Part shown: positions 9,213 to 17,574 of the stretch, piece after piece
Layout: every line of letters starts with the position of its first letter
Numbering within the stretch: the stretch's first letter is position 1
Assembly (NCBI GenBank): GCA_036676795.1
Contig: JAKFCC010000121.1
Span: forward strand, 28,813-92,812
Length of the DNA: 64,000 nt
Direction: 5' to 3'
Source: Gemmatimonadota bacterium
GTDB lineage: Bacteria > Gemmatimonadota > Gemmatimonadetes > Gemmatimonadales > Gemmatimonadaceae
The notes under the pieces: generated by a model
The model's input: only the letters and a program-made list of their open reading frames with translations
The model's database searches: none
Told to the model about the DNA's origin: nothing
Made by a program: the position numbers and the translations under genes

Positions 9213-10339
9213 TTTACATTCCGGTATCCCCGTCGAAGATCGAGACGATCGAGTCAGCGATCGCTGCGTACAAGGCGACCGGGCAGCTCATGGTCGGCAT
9301 GTTCAACGGAAGCCTGGCGATCCCCGGATCTGCCGACGAAATCGGTCTGTACTATTTCATTCCCCTTGTTGCCACCGGGCTGAATTTGACCGGTGCCCAG
9401 GCACTCGCGGTGTTCCAGTGGGCGGTGCTCCTCGTCGCGACGGCAATAGGAATAATGATTTCCCTGCGGCTTTTCCGCGGCCGCGAGCCCAGGTTATTCG
9501 CCATCATGGGCATGCTGGGCATTGCCACACTTGCCTTCGGACTCGGGGATGTGTACATGCTCGCCCCGCTCTTCGTCGCGGCGGTTGTCCCTGCCACGCT
9601 TTACATGATGACCCATCCGGACGAAAACCGGCTGCTTTTGACACTGACAACGATTGGATTCCTGGCATCGATTGCAAATTTTGTCTCGCAGTTCGCCGCA
9701 GCCGCTGGCCTGACCTTCGTGCTGGGGCTGATTGCGGCCTCCAAACGTTCCCGCAAAACTCGATGGTGGCTTGCTGCATCCGTTGCAGCCGGCTACCTGA
9801 TGGCCAGTGCGATAACGCAGGTGTCAGTCTCGCGCCGCGACGCCCTGCTTCGCGGAGCGGACACATCGTACGAAGCGCCGGGCCGAACACAGGGAGTCTG
9901 GGTGAAGACCTACCTGGGACTCGGTTTCCTGACCAACCCGTACGTGCCGGCGTACAGGAATGATGTTGCTCAAGGCAAGCTCATGGAGTTGGCTCCGGGA
10001 ACGACACTGGAAATGCCTGCTGCCGACCGGATACTTCGTGCGGAGGCGCTCGCGATTGCCGGTGCCCATCCCTGGTTTATCGTGCGCACAATCGCTGCCA
10101 AACTCGGAGTCATATTTATCTATCTGTTCATCTTCGTGATGGCGGCGCAGCTGGCTCGCGTGCGCCGGACCGCCGGCGACAGCGCAGGGCGTGTGTTCGC
10201 GCTTGCTGGAACGATCGCCATTCTTCCGGCAGTTTTCTGGGTTCCGACGGTCGAGAACGTTGCGCCAGCCATTGCTCTTGCAGTCATCTACGCCACCCAC
10301 ACCATTGCCAGAGCGCGTGATCACGCCCCCCTTTCCTGA
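9209..10339 (+). CDS. Polytopic inner-membrane protein, unknown family (possible polymerase or flippase-type function)
   Basis: 4-nt overlap with the upstream gene. Several long hydrophobic segments, e.g. LAVFQWAVLLVATAIGIMISL, LFAIMGMLGIATLAFGLG and GVIFIYLFIFVMAAQLA. No family motif recognised. Confidence 0.5.
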   Translation: MIYIPVSPSKIETIESAIAAYKATGQLMVGMFNGSLAIPGSADEIGLYYFIPLVATGLNLTGAQALAVFQWAVLLVATAIGIMISLRLFRGREPRLFAIMGMLGIATLAFGLGDVYMLAPLFVAAVVPATLYMMTHPDENRLLLTLTTIGFLASIANFVSQFAAAAGLTFVLGLIAASKRSRKTRWWLAASVAAGYLMASAITQVSVSRRDALLRGADTSYEAPGRTQGVWVKTYLGLGFLTNPYVPAYRNDVAQGKLMELAPGTTLEMPAADRILRAEALAIAGAHPWFIVRTIAAKLGVIFIYLFIFVMAAQLARVRRTAGDSAGRVFALAGTIAILPAVFWVPTVENVAPAIALAVIYATHTIARARDHAPLS

Positions 10340-10352
10340 GACAGTATTCGGG

Positions 10353-11159
10353 ATGGCCAAGCGCGTTCGCGTTTTCAGCGAATGGCTCGAGCTGGCGAGA
10401 CGCGGCAGTTCGCGCGAGCGGCTCAGCGTCCTCGACTTTGGGTGCGGAACCGGGGCACTGGTTACGATCCCGTTATCGGCGGCGGGCGACCAGATTCTGG
10501 GAGTCGATGTTCACGCGCCATCGATAGCGCAGGCGAGGGCGAGCACAAGCGCTCCGAACGTGAGTTTTTCCACGGAAAACGCCGATGACCTGCTCGCGCG
10601 TGGCGCTGTCTTTGACGCGATAATATGCTCGGAGGTTCTGGAGCACCTCCCTGATCCCGGAAATCTCCTGAGAAAACTGCATGGCCTCCTTGCACCCGGG
10701 GGCACCTTGATCGTGAGCGTTCCGAATGGTCGTGGAGTGTTCGAGCAGATGGTGCGCCTCGAAAACGCCATGCGGGTCATCGGGGTTGAAGCCATCATCG
10801 ATGTTCTCAAGTGGCCCGGCCGTGCCTTCAAGTGGAAGCGAGCCGGGCGCGGATGGCCGCCACGGCCGGGAAATCCCGGCGAGCTGTCGAAATTTGCAGA
10901 CGAAGGTTACCTGAACCAGGATTCGCCCCATCTGCAATTCTTCAGGTGGAAGGAGATAGTGGGCCTGTTCCGGGCCAGCGGATTCGACCTCGTTGAATAC
11001 CGCGGAAGAACGCTCGCGTGCGGACCGTATATCGGACCGTTTCTGAATCTGGTTGCCGCCGTGTCAGGCCGGTGGATCTTTCGCGCCAACTCCTGGGCGG
11101 GAGACCACGCGCCCACGAGTCTAGTTTCTGACTGGATGTTCTGCCTTCGCAAGCGATGA
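10353..11159 (+). CDS. Class I SAM-dependent methyltransferase
   Basis: Motif I VLDFGCGTGALV. FDAIICSEVLEHLPDP...LAPGGTLIVSVPN. The track ORF (10191) extends into the upstream gene; the ATG at 10353 follows its stop. Confidence 0.8.
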   Translation: MAKRVRVFSEWLELARRGSSRERLSVLDFGCGTGALVTIPLSAAGDQILGVDVHAPSIAQARASTSAPNVSFSTENADDLLARGAVFDAIICSEVLEHLPDPGNLLRKLHGLLAPGGTLIVSVPNGRGVFEQMVRLENAMRVIGVEAIIDVLKWPGRAFKWKRAGRGWPPRPGNPGELSKFADEGYLNQDSPHLQFFRWKEIVGLFRASGFDLVEYRGRTLACGPYIGPFLNLVAAVSGRWIFRANSWAGDHAPTSLVSDWMFCLRKR

Positions 11160-12349
11160 GCGCCGCAGATTTCCCGAGGGTGCTCATCCTCTCCTCCAGC
11201 GTGTTCAATCACAGGACAGGGGGCGGCGTAACACTTTCCAACCTGTTTCGCGGCTGGCCCGCCGATCGTATTGCCTGCGCTCACTCCGATCCTGAGGTAC
11301 CGGCGACAGATATCTGTACGAACTATTTCAAGCTCGGTGAGGCGGAGCTGGGGAGAGCCGGGCTGTTTCGGCTCATCGGCCGCGGCCCCCAGAACCGGGG
11401 TACCATGACCCCCTCCCTCAAGTCGTGGGTCAGCGCGTTTGCGCCCGACGTTGTTTACACCCTGCTCGGAAGCCTGGGCTACATTAGACTCACCGAGCAG
11501 GTCGCTGCACATTCAGGGGCAGCAATCGTCCCGCATATGATGGACGACTGGCCGTCCGCTATTTACGGCGATTCTCCTGTCGGCTTATTTCTTCGCATCC
11601 GCCTCGATGCCAGTCTCCGTGCGCTTCTCGCCAGGTCCCAGCAGCGGCTCGCGATATCACCCGCGATGGCTTCAGAATACGAATCGCGTTACGGCATGAA
11701 ATTTTTCAGCATCAGCAACCCTGCGGACGGAGCTAGATGGAAGCGTGAGATGACAGATCATGGAGACAGATCCCGAACGCTGCTGTATGTAGGGTCTGTG
11801 CTGGCGGAGGCACAGCTTCTCGCCCTCACCGACATAGCCTCCGCGATTTCCGCGCTGAACTCACGGGGACATCAAATTCGTCTTACAGTTGCCACACCCA
11901 ACCATGCGGACAGCGAGCCTCGAAGAGTTCTCGGTGCGTTCCCGTTTGTGACATTGACAGACGCACCCGGTGAAGACGCGATAGTCGACCTCATCGCATC
12001 GGCGAGCTTGCTGCTCCTGCCGGCAAATTTCAATGCAAGGGCGATTCGATATTTGCGGCTCTCCAACCCTACCAAGGTACCTGCATATATGGCGTCAGGA
12101 GTTCCGATTCTTGTGTATGCACCGTCCGAGCTGGACATTGTCAGACGCGCGCGACGCGACGGATGGGGCATTGTCGTGGACACGGATGATCCTGAGCAGC
12201 TCGCAGGCGCGATTGTCACCGGCTTGAACGACGAGACGACCAGACAGCGCGTGACGGAGAACGCGCGATCTGTCTGCGCAAGAGATCACGATGGCGAACA
12301 GATACGCAGCGAATTTCGCCACCTCCTCCAACAGGCCGCAGTCGCGTGA
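11156..12349 (+). CDS. Glycosyltransferase, GT-B / GT4-like
   Basis: ATGA overlap. N-terminal RVLILSSSVFNHRTGGGVTLSNLF. C-terminal PTKVPAYMASGVPILVYAP. Confidence 0.5.
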   Translation: MSAADFPRVLILSSSVFNHRTGGGVTLSNLFRGWPADRIACAHSDPEVPATDICTNYFKLGEAELGRAGLFRLIGRGPQNRGTMTPSLKSWVSAFAPDVVYTLLGSLGYIRLTEQVAAHSGAAIVPHMMDDWPSAIYGDSPVGLFLRIRLDASLRALLARSQQRLAISPAMASEYESRYGMKFFSISNPADGARWKREMTDHGDRSRTLLYVGSVLAEAQLLALTDIASAISALNSRGHQIRLTVATPNHADSEPRRVLGAFPFVTLTDAPGEDAIVDLIASASLLLLPANFNARAIRYLRLSNPTKVPAYMASGVPILVYAPSELDIVRRARRDGWGIVVDTDDPEQLAGAIVTGLNDETTRQRVTENARSVCARDHDGEQIRSEFRHLLQQAAVA

Positions 12350-13443
12350 GAGTTCTCCTCGTTGCGGGAGCGCGTCCCAATTTCATGAAGATTGCACCCC
12401 TGATTCCTGTGCTTCGGGAGCGCGGCCATCAGGTGATCCTTGTTCATACGGGTCAGCACTACGATGCGTCCATGTCGGGTTCCTTCTTCGAGGAACTCGG
12501 GATTCCAAATCCCGATTATTACCTCGGGGTCGGCGGCGGCACACAGGCCGAGCAGCTGTCGAAAGTCATTGCCGGATTCGAGCCGGTGCTGAGCACTGTA
12601 AGACCTGACTGGGTAGTGGTCGTGGGAGACGTGACGTCCACGCTCGGCGCTGCCCTGGTTGCAGCCTCGGCAAGACCATCGATTGGCTGCCGCTTGGCGC
12701 ACGTGGAGGCCGGGCTTCGCAGCAACGACTGGAGAATGCCTGAAGAGGTCAATCGCGTAGTTACCGATCGCATTTCGGACCTGCTGCTCACACCGTCGCG
12801 CGACGGCAACCAGAATCTCGAGGATGAGGGTATTCCCGCCGGCCGGATCGTGTTCGTCGGGAATGTCATGATCGACACACTGATGAAGCAGCTCGAGAAA
12901 GCCAGGTCCCTCAAGGTCGCGTCGCGGTTCGGGCTCGCGCCGAAAGAGTATTCACTCGTCACGCTGCACAGGCCGTCCAACGTCGATTCCCCGGAGATGC
13001 TGCGCACGATCATCGAGGGTCTCGAGCTCGTGGCGAAACGTCTTCCGATTGTGTTTCCGGTACATCCCCGAACGCGTGACCGAATCGCTGCGCTCTCAGA
13101 TCTCGGGATCACGGACCGGATCAAGCTGATAGATCCGGCGCCATACCGTGACATGCTGTCTCTGGCGAGTGATGCAGCGTTGGTGCTCACCGATTCGGGT
13201 GGCGTGCAGGAAGAAACGACAGTGCTCGGGGTCCCATGTGTCACGATCCGTGAGCAAACTGAACGCCCCATCACGATTACCGAAGGCACCAACCGGCTGA
13301 CCCCCTGGCCACCGTCTGCAACGGGGATACTCCAGTCGGCTGAAGAGGCCCTGGCTGACGCAGGCAACACAACCGTGAGGCGCCCGGAAGGCTGGGATGG
13401 TGCGGCCGCAGCTCGCATCGTTGCAGCATTGGAGAATGGATGA
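12346..13443 (+). CDS. wecB: UDP-N-acetylglucosamine 2-epimerase (non-hydrolysing)
   Basis: MRVLLVAGARPNFMKIAPLIPVLRERGHQVILVHTGQHYD...HVEAGLRS...LTDSGGVQEE. GTGA overlap. Confidence 0.9.
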   Translation: MRVLLVAGARPNFMKIAPLIPVLRERGHQVILVHTGQHYDASMSGSFFEELGIPNPDYYLGVGGGTQAEQLSKVIAGFEPVLSTVRPDWVVVVGDVTSTLGAALVAASARPSIGCRLAHVEAGLRSNDWRMPEEVNRVVTDRISDLLLTPSRDGNQNLEDEGIPAGRIVFVGNVMIDTLMKQLEKARSLKVASRFGLAPKEYSLVTLHRPSNVDSPEMLRTIIEGLELVAKRLPIVFPVHPRTRDRIAALSDLGITDRIKLIDPAPYRDMLSLASDAALVLTDSGGVQEETTVLGVPCVTIREQTERPITITEGTNRLTPWPPSATGILQSAEEALADAGNTTVRRPEGWDGAAAARIVAALENG

Positions 13444-14405
13444 CCGAGGTCACATCCGGGCGGCTGAAGATTCTGGAGGAAGTTCTTCCCAAGCCCGTGT
13501 CCCTGCAGGAGAATGGTACGGTGCTCGTGTCGGGATCCCGCAAGTTTCGCGTTCGCGGAGGCGTGGTGCGCGTGCGTGAAGACGATGGATACAACGCTTC
13601 GTTCGCTCTTCAGTGGAACAGGTTCCGGACGAACCAGCTCGATCAGGTGAACGGAACATCCCTGACGAAGCAGAGATTTGCGGAGACGGGATGGGATGTG
13701 ACGGAGATGGCGGGGGATCTTGTTCTGGAGGCTGGCTGCGGGGCGGGCCGGTTTACAAGGTTGATGGGCGAAGCGGGCGCGCGCCTTGTGTCGTTCGACT
13801 TTTCGTCGGCCGTAGATGCCAGCGCCGAGAACAATGGGCATATGGAGAATGTCGTCTTCCTTCAGTGTGACATCTTTGACCTGCCCTTCGAAAGTGGGAA
13901 GTTCGACAGGGTATTCTGTCATGGTGTGCTTCAGCACACACCCGACCCCGAGGCTGCATTCGTCGAATTGACAAAAATGCTGCGCCCGGGCGGCAGGATT
14001 TCCATCGATGTCTACCTCAAGGACTGGACAGTCCAGACCTGGAAATCCAAGTATCTCTGGCGGCCCATTACCACGCGTGTCGATCAGACGAAGCTGCTTC
14101 GCTTTCTCGAAAGGTTCATTCCGCTCTGGCTGCCCATCGATACCTTCATCAAGCGGATCCCGATATTCGGCAGATACCTCGGCGCAATTGTGCCATGCTG
14201 GAACTACTTCTACACTGATCTTCCGAAAGAGCAGAAAGTCCAGTGGGCCGTCATGGACACCTTCGATGCGCTGTCTCCCGCGTATGACAACCCTGCAAGC
14301 GTCCGCGATGTCAGGCGATGGTTCAGGGAAGCGGGCCTCGGAGACGTGATGGTACGAAAGGGCGGAAACGGTGTTGTTGGAAATGGCACCAGGCTGACCG
14401 CCTGA
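13440..14405 (+). CDS. Class I SAM-dependent methyltransferase
   Basis: VLEAGCGAGRFT...FDRVFCHGVLQHTPDPEAAFVELTKMLRPGGRISIDVY. ATGA overlap. Confidence 0.8.
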   Translation: MTEVTSGRLKILEEVLPKPVSLQENGTVLVSGSRKFRVRGGVVRVREDDGYNASFALQWNRFRTNQLDQVNGTSLTKQRFAETGWDVTEMAGDLVLEAGCGAGRFTRLMGEAGARLVSFDFSSAVDASAENNGHMENVVFLQCDIFDLPFESGKFDRVFCHGVLQHTPDPEAAFVELTKMLRPGGRISIDVYLKDWTVQTWKSKYLWRPITTRVDQTKLLRFLERFIPLWLPIDTFIKRIPIFGRYLGAIVPCWNYFYTDLPKEQKVQWAVMDTFDALSPAYDNPASVRDVRRWFREAGLGDVMVRKGGNGVVGNGTRLTA

Positions 14406-16195
14406 TGTGCGGGATCATCTGCATTCACGGGGCGCAGCAGTCACACTGGATCGATGAAGCCGCGCGGGTTCAGTTCCATCGCGGGCCCGATGCGACCGGT
14501 GTGTTCCGTGATTCTGAGGCCCAAATCGCAATGGCCGCCGGCAGGCTGGCAATCATCGACCGCGAGCATGCCGACCAGCCCATGCGCTCCGACGACGGGA
14601 GGTACACACTCGCCTACAATGGCGAGATATACAATGCGCCCGAGCTGAGAAGGGAACTGGAGAGTAAGGGCGTTCGTTTCGCGACCGACCATTCCGACAC
14701 TGAAGTGCTGCTTGTCATGCTCATGCGCGATGGACTCTCCTGCCTGAATCGGCTGAATGGAATGTTCGCGTTCGCGTTTTATGACAGCGCCGAGAGGATG
14801 GTGTACTGCGCGCGTGACAGGTTCGGGATAAAACCGCTTTACTACACAACGCAGGATGGTCGTTTTCTCTGCGCTTCCGAGCTCAAGACCGTCTGTTCCT
14901 TTCCATACGTGAAGCGGGAGGTGAACTCAGAGAGTCTTTCGCACTACCTGAGTTTGCAGTATGTGCCCGGAGAGAAGACGATTCTCGACGGTGTCCACCG
15001 TCTCGGGCCGGGGCACTCGCTCACATACAACATGACGAGCGGCGACGTTCGGGTGGCGCCCTGGTGGGATGTCTCCTTTCAGCCGGCCGCGCAGCTGGGG
15101 GACTGGCCGGAGAGGATCCGCGAGTCCCTCGACGACGCGGTTCTTCGCTGGACTCTTTCTGATGTCCCGGTTGCCGTAGCCCTCTCGGGCGGACTGGATT
15201 CTTCGGCCATCGTTGGATCGCTCGCGAAGCGAGGTCGGCAGGTTTCGACATTCTCGCTCGGTTTCCAGGGCGAGAGTGAAGCCGAGTGGAACGAGCTTCC
15301 TCTCGCGAGGCTCGTTGCCAGGAAATGGGGAACCGATCATCAGGAAATTGTGCTCGACCCGGCTGCCCTCATCAATGATCTTCCCAAAATGGTTTGGGCG
15401 CTCGACGAACCCTACGGTGGGGGCCTTCCGTCCTGGTCCGTCTTCAAGTCCATGTCCGAACGTTTCAAGGTTGCACTCACGGGTACAGGCGGGGACGAAC
15501 TCTTCGGGAATTACGGAAAGTGGAGGCCGCTCGAGGGTGGACCAGCAGCGCGGCTGCTGCGAAGACCGATATCGGCCTCTCGATTCGAGGCTGGCTTCGT
15601 TGACAGATTCTACTATTTCCCGGAGCGCGAGAAGCGTGAGATACTGACCGGTGACCCGGACGCTGGAGAGAGCACTACCGACTTCCTCTTTCGGATTTTC
15701 AATGCGGCACCGGCCGGCAATGTCCGTGACCGTGTGGCATACACCGACATCAAGACACAGCTTCCCGAAGAGTTCCTGATGATGACGGACAGGTTTTCGA
15801 TGGCCCATTCGGTTGAGGCCCGCACGCCATTTCTGGATCACGAATTTGCTTCGCTCGTGCTTTCGATACCGGCGCGCGACAGGACAAGCCGCCGAGACCT
15901 GAAGGGACTTCTTCGGAACGCCGTAGCTCCAATGCTTCCACCGGAGCTTCTAACCGCAAGGAAACGCGGCTTCGTTATTCCCCTCACGCGCTGGATTCGG
16001 GGTCCGCTCAAGCCGCTCTGCCAGCGGCTGCTGGATCCTGCAAGGCTTCAGAAGCAGGGAATGATCTCTCCTGATTTCGCAGCGCGATACCTTCATCCCC
16101 ATCTCGACGGCCGCGCCGACCATACGAACAAGATATGGACGATGCTCATGTTCCAGATGTGGCACGCACAGTACGTCGAGAGGGAAGACGTTTGA
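14405..16195 (+). CDS. Asparagine synthase (glutamine-hydrolysing)-family amidotransferase, paralogue 1
   Basis: Ntn nucleophile start MCGIICIHG. PP-loop VAVALSGGLDSSAIV. The start ATG shares 1 nt with the upstream TGA. Confidence 0.85.
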   Translation: MCGIICIHGAQQSHWIDEAARVQFHRGPDATGVFRDSEAQIAMAAGRLAIIDREHADQPMRSDDGRYTLAYNGEIYNAPELRRELESKGVRFATDHSDTEVLLVMLMRDGLSCLNRLNGMFAFAFYDSAERMVYCARDRFGIKPLYYTTQDGRFLCASELKTVCSFPYVKREVNSESLSHYLSLQYVPGEKTILDGVHRLGPGHSLTYNMTSGDVRVAPWWDVSFQPAAQLGDWPERIRESLDDAVLRWTLSDVPVAVALSGGLDSSAIVGSLAKRGRQVSTFSLGFQGESEAEWNELPLARLVARKWGTDHQEIVLDPAALINDLPKMVWALDEPYGGGLPSWSVFKSMSERFKVALTGTGGDELFGNYGKWRPLEGGPAARLLRRPISASRFEAGFVDRFYYFPEREKREILTGDPDAGESTTDFLFRIFNAAPAGNVRDRVAYTDIKTQLPEEFLMMTDRFSMAHSVEARTPFLDHEFASLVLSIPARDRTSRRDLKGLLRNAVAPMLPPELLTARKRGFVIPLTRWIRGPLKPLCQRLLDPARLQKQGMISPDFAARYLHPHLDGRADHTNKIWTMLMFQMWHAQYVEREDV

Positions 16196-17433
16196 GCGGC
16201 ACACTCTCTGTCGTTCACTTTTCGACCGCTGACAATGAAGGAGGATCGGGGCGATCCGCGTACAGGATTCACTCCGGACTGCGTGAGCTTGGCCACACCT
16301 CGCGCATGCTCGTGGGCCGCAAGACTACCGCCGACCAAGACGTCGATACGGTGCACCTCGGCGAGATTGGCCGGCTGGCGGACCGCCTCGCAGATATCGC
16401 TACATCCGCGGTTGGAATGCAGTACCAGTACTTTCCTTCCGGGCACCGGGTGCTGCGCCACCGCTGGGTGCGGGACGCTGACATCATCCAGCTGTACAAC
16501 ACTCATGGCGGATATTTCAGCCAGAGGATGCTTCCAGGGTTGTCGCGAATCTCGCCGATTGTCTGGCGACTGTCCGACATGTGGCCGGTGACGGGCCACT
16601 GCGCGTACGCAGGTTCCTGCGACAACTGGAAGACCGGCTGCGGAAATTGCTGCGCGCTCGATAACTACCCTCCCATCAGGCGAGATACAGCACACTTTCT
16701 CTGGACGCAGAAGAGACACCTGTACGAGCGTTCGCGAATTACGGTGGTTGCACCATCGAGCTGGACGGAAGGCGTCGCTCGTGCCAGCGCACTGCTGGGC
16801 AACAAGGAGATTGTGCGCATTCCGAACGGTCTGGACCTGAAAACATTTTACGGGCGCAATCGAAGGGAAGCGCGATTGCAGATGGGGCTCGCCGAGGGAC
16901 TGGTGGGGATTCTGTTCGTTGCTAACGAAGTGAGCGACAATCCGCGCAAGGGCAGTGCGGAGTTTATCGCCGCCATGAACATGGTAGGCCCCGACCCTTC
17001 CATCCGCGTGATCGTCGCAGGTCTGGGGGGTGAAAAGCTCCGGCGGCAGATTCCCCAGGAGGTGATCGATCTTGGCTACCTTCGGGACGACGAACAGCTG
17101 GCGAGGGCGTATTCGGCCGCGGATCTGTTGATCGCTCCCTCGATGGAGGAGAATCTTCCGAACACCATTTTGGAAGCGATGGCCTGCGCGACGCCTGTTA
17201 TCGCATACAACACTGGCGGCATTCGTGACGCGGTGATTGATGGTCACACGGGTCTTCTTGTTTCGCGAGGAGACCGGCAGACGCTCGCGGCCGGGATCGC
17301 GCGGCTTGTGTCGAATACTGATCTGCGCCGGACGCTTGGTGCGGCTGCCCGGGCGCTCGTCGAGCAGGAATTTTCCGCGGACATTCAGGCCCGCCGATTC
17401 GAGGCGCTTTACCTGCGGCTCACGGGCAGGTAG
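16192..17433 (+). CDS. Glycosyltransferase family 4
   Basis: SVVHFSTADNEGGSGRSAY. Cys motif HCAYAGSCDNWKTGCGNCC. E-x7-E region APSMEENLPNTILEAMACATPVIAYNTGGIRDAV. TTG 16192 overlaps the asnB-like TGA (TTGA); the ATG at 16135 is an alternative start. Confidence 0.8.
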   Translation: MSGTLSVVHFSTADNEGGSGRSAYRIHSGLRELGHTSRMLVGRKTTADQDVDTVHLGEIGRLADRLADIATSAVGMQYQYFPSGHRVLRHRWVRDADIIQLYNTHGGYFSQRMLPGLSRISPIVWRLSDMWPVTGHCAYAGSCDNWKTGCGNCCALDNYPPIRRDTAHFLWTQKRHLYERSRITVVAPSSWTEGVARASALLGNKEIVRIPNGLDLKTFYGRNRREARLQMGLAEGLVGILFVANEVSDNPRKGSAEFIAAMNMVGPDPSIRVIVAGLGGEKLRRQIPQEVIDLGYLRDDEQLARAYSAADLLIAPSMEENLPNTILEAMACATPVIAYNTGGIRDAVIDGHTGLLVSRGDRQTLAAGIARLVSNTDLRRTLGAAARALVEQEFSADIQARRFEALYLRLTGR

Positions 17434-17574
17434 CTATTTCCTCCCGGTAGTGCGCATACTATAGTAGATTGCTCAGCGGCTGCTTCTGACGCGATTTTGT
17501 CGAAGTTTGTAAGTCTGTCGAATAAATAGACTTACGACGATGTACCTAAACCCGTTTATCACGAGTAAGAGAGC
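17434..17574 (+). promoter_or_regulatory. AT-rich intergenic gap; candidate internal promoter or leader of the 17575-39999 operon
   Basis: This is the only gap longer than 100 bp in the 40-kb + strand block, and it is visibly AT-rich against the GC-rich coding DNA. Possible TTGTCG (17498-17503) / AATAAA-TAAATA (17521-17528) promoter-like hexamers. Confidence 0.4.
17509..17535. promoter_or_regulatory. Perfect 8-bp inverted repeat GTAAGTCT-N11-AGACTTAC (candidate operator or small hairpin)
   Basis: Read directly: 17509-17516 GTAAGTCT and 17528-17535 AGACTTAC. It overlaps the candidate -10 region. Confidence 0.4.

Noticed and set aside
12519-13937. 472-aa ORF on the - strand, the longest antisense ORF in the window
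   Set aside because: It is antisense to wecB and the following methyltransferase, both of which have clear family motifs. It spans a gene junction and is Ser/Arg/Pro-rich, so it is a shadow ORF.
16093-17247. 384-aa - strand ORF opposite the GT4 gene. Similar long antisense or off-frame ORFs occur at 21912-22934, 26236-26961, 17854-18615 and 57047-57838.
   Set aside because: Each overlaps a motif-supported gene on the other strand or in another frame and has no family signature of its own. This is the expected consequence of few stop codons in high-GC sequence.
17441-17452. ops/JUMPstart-like element (CCCGGTAGTGCG versus the ops consensus GGCGGTAGnnTG) in the AT-rich gap
   Set aside because: Only the GGTAG core and a few flanking bases match. 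RfaH-ops is established mainly in Gammaproteobacteria, and the host here is unknown. The match is too weak to call.
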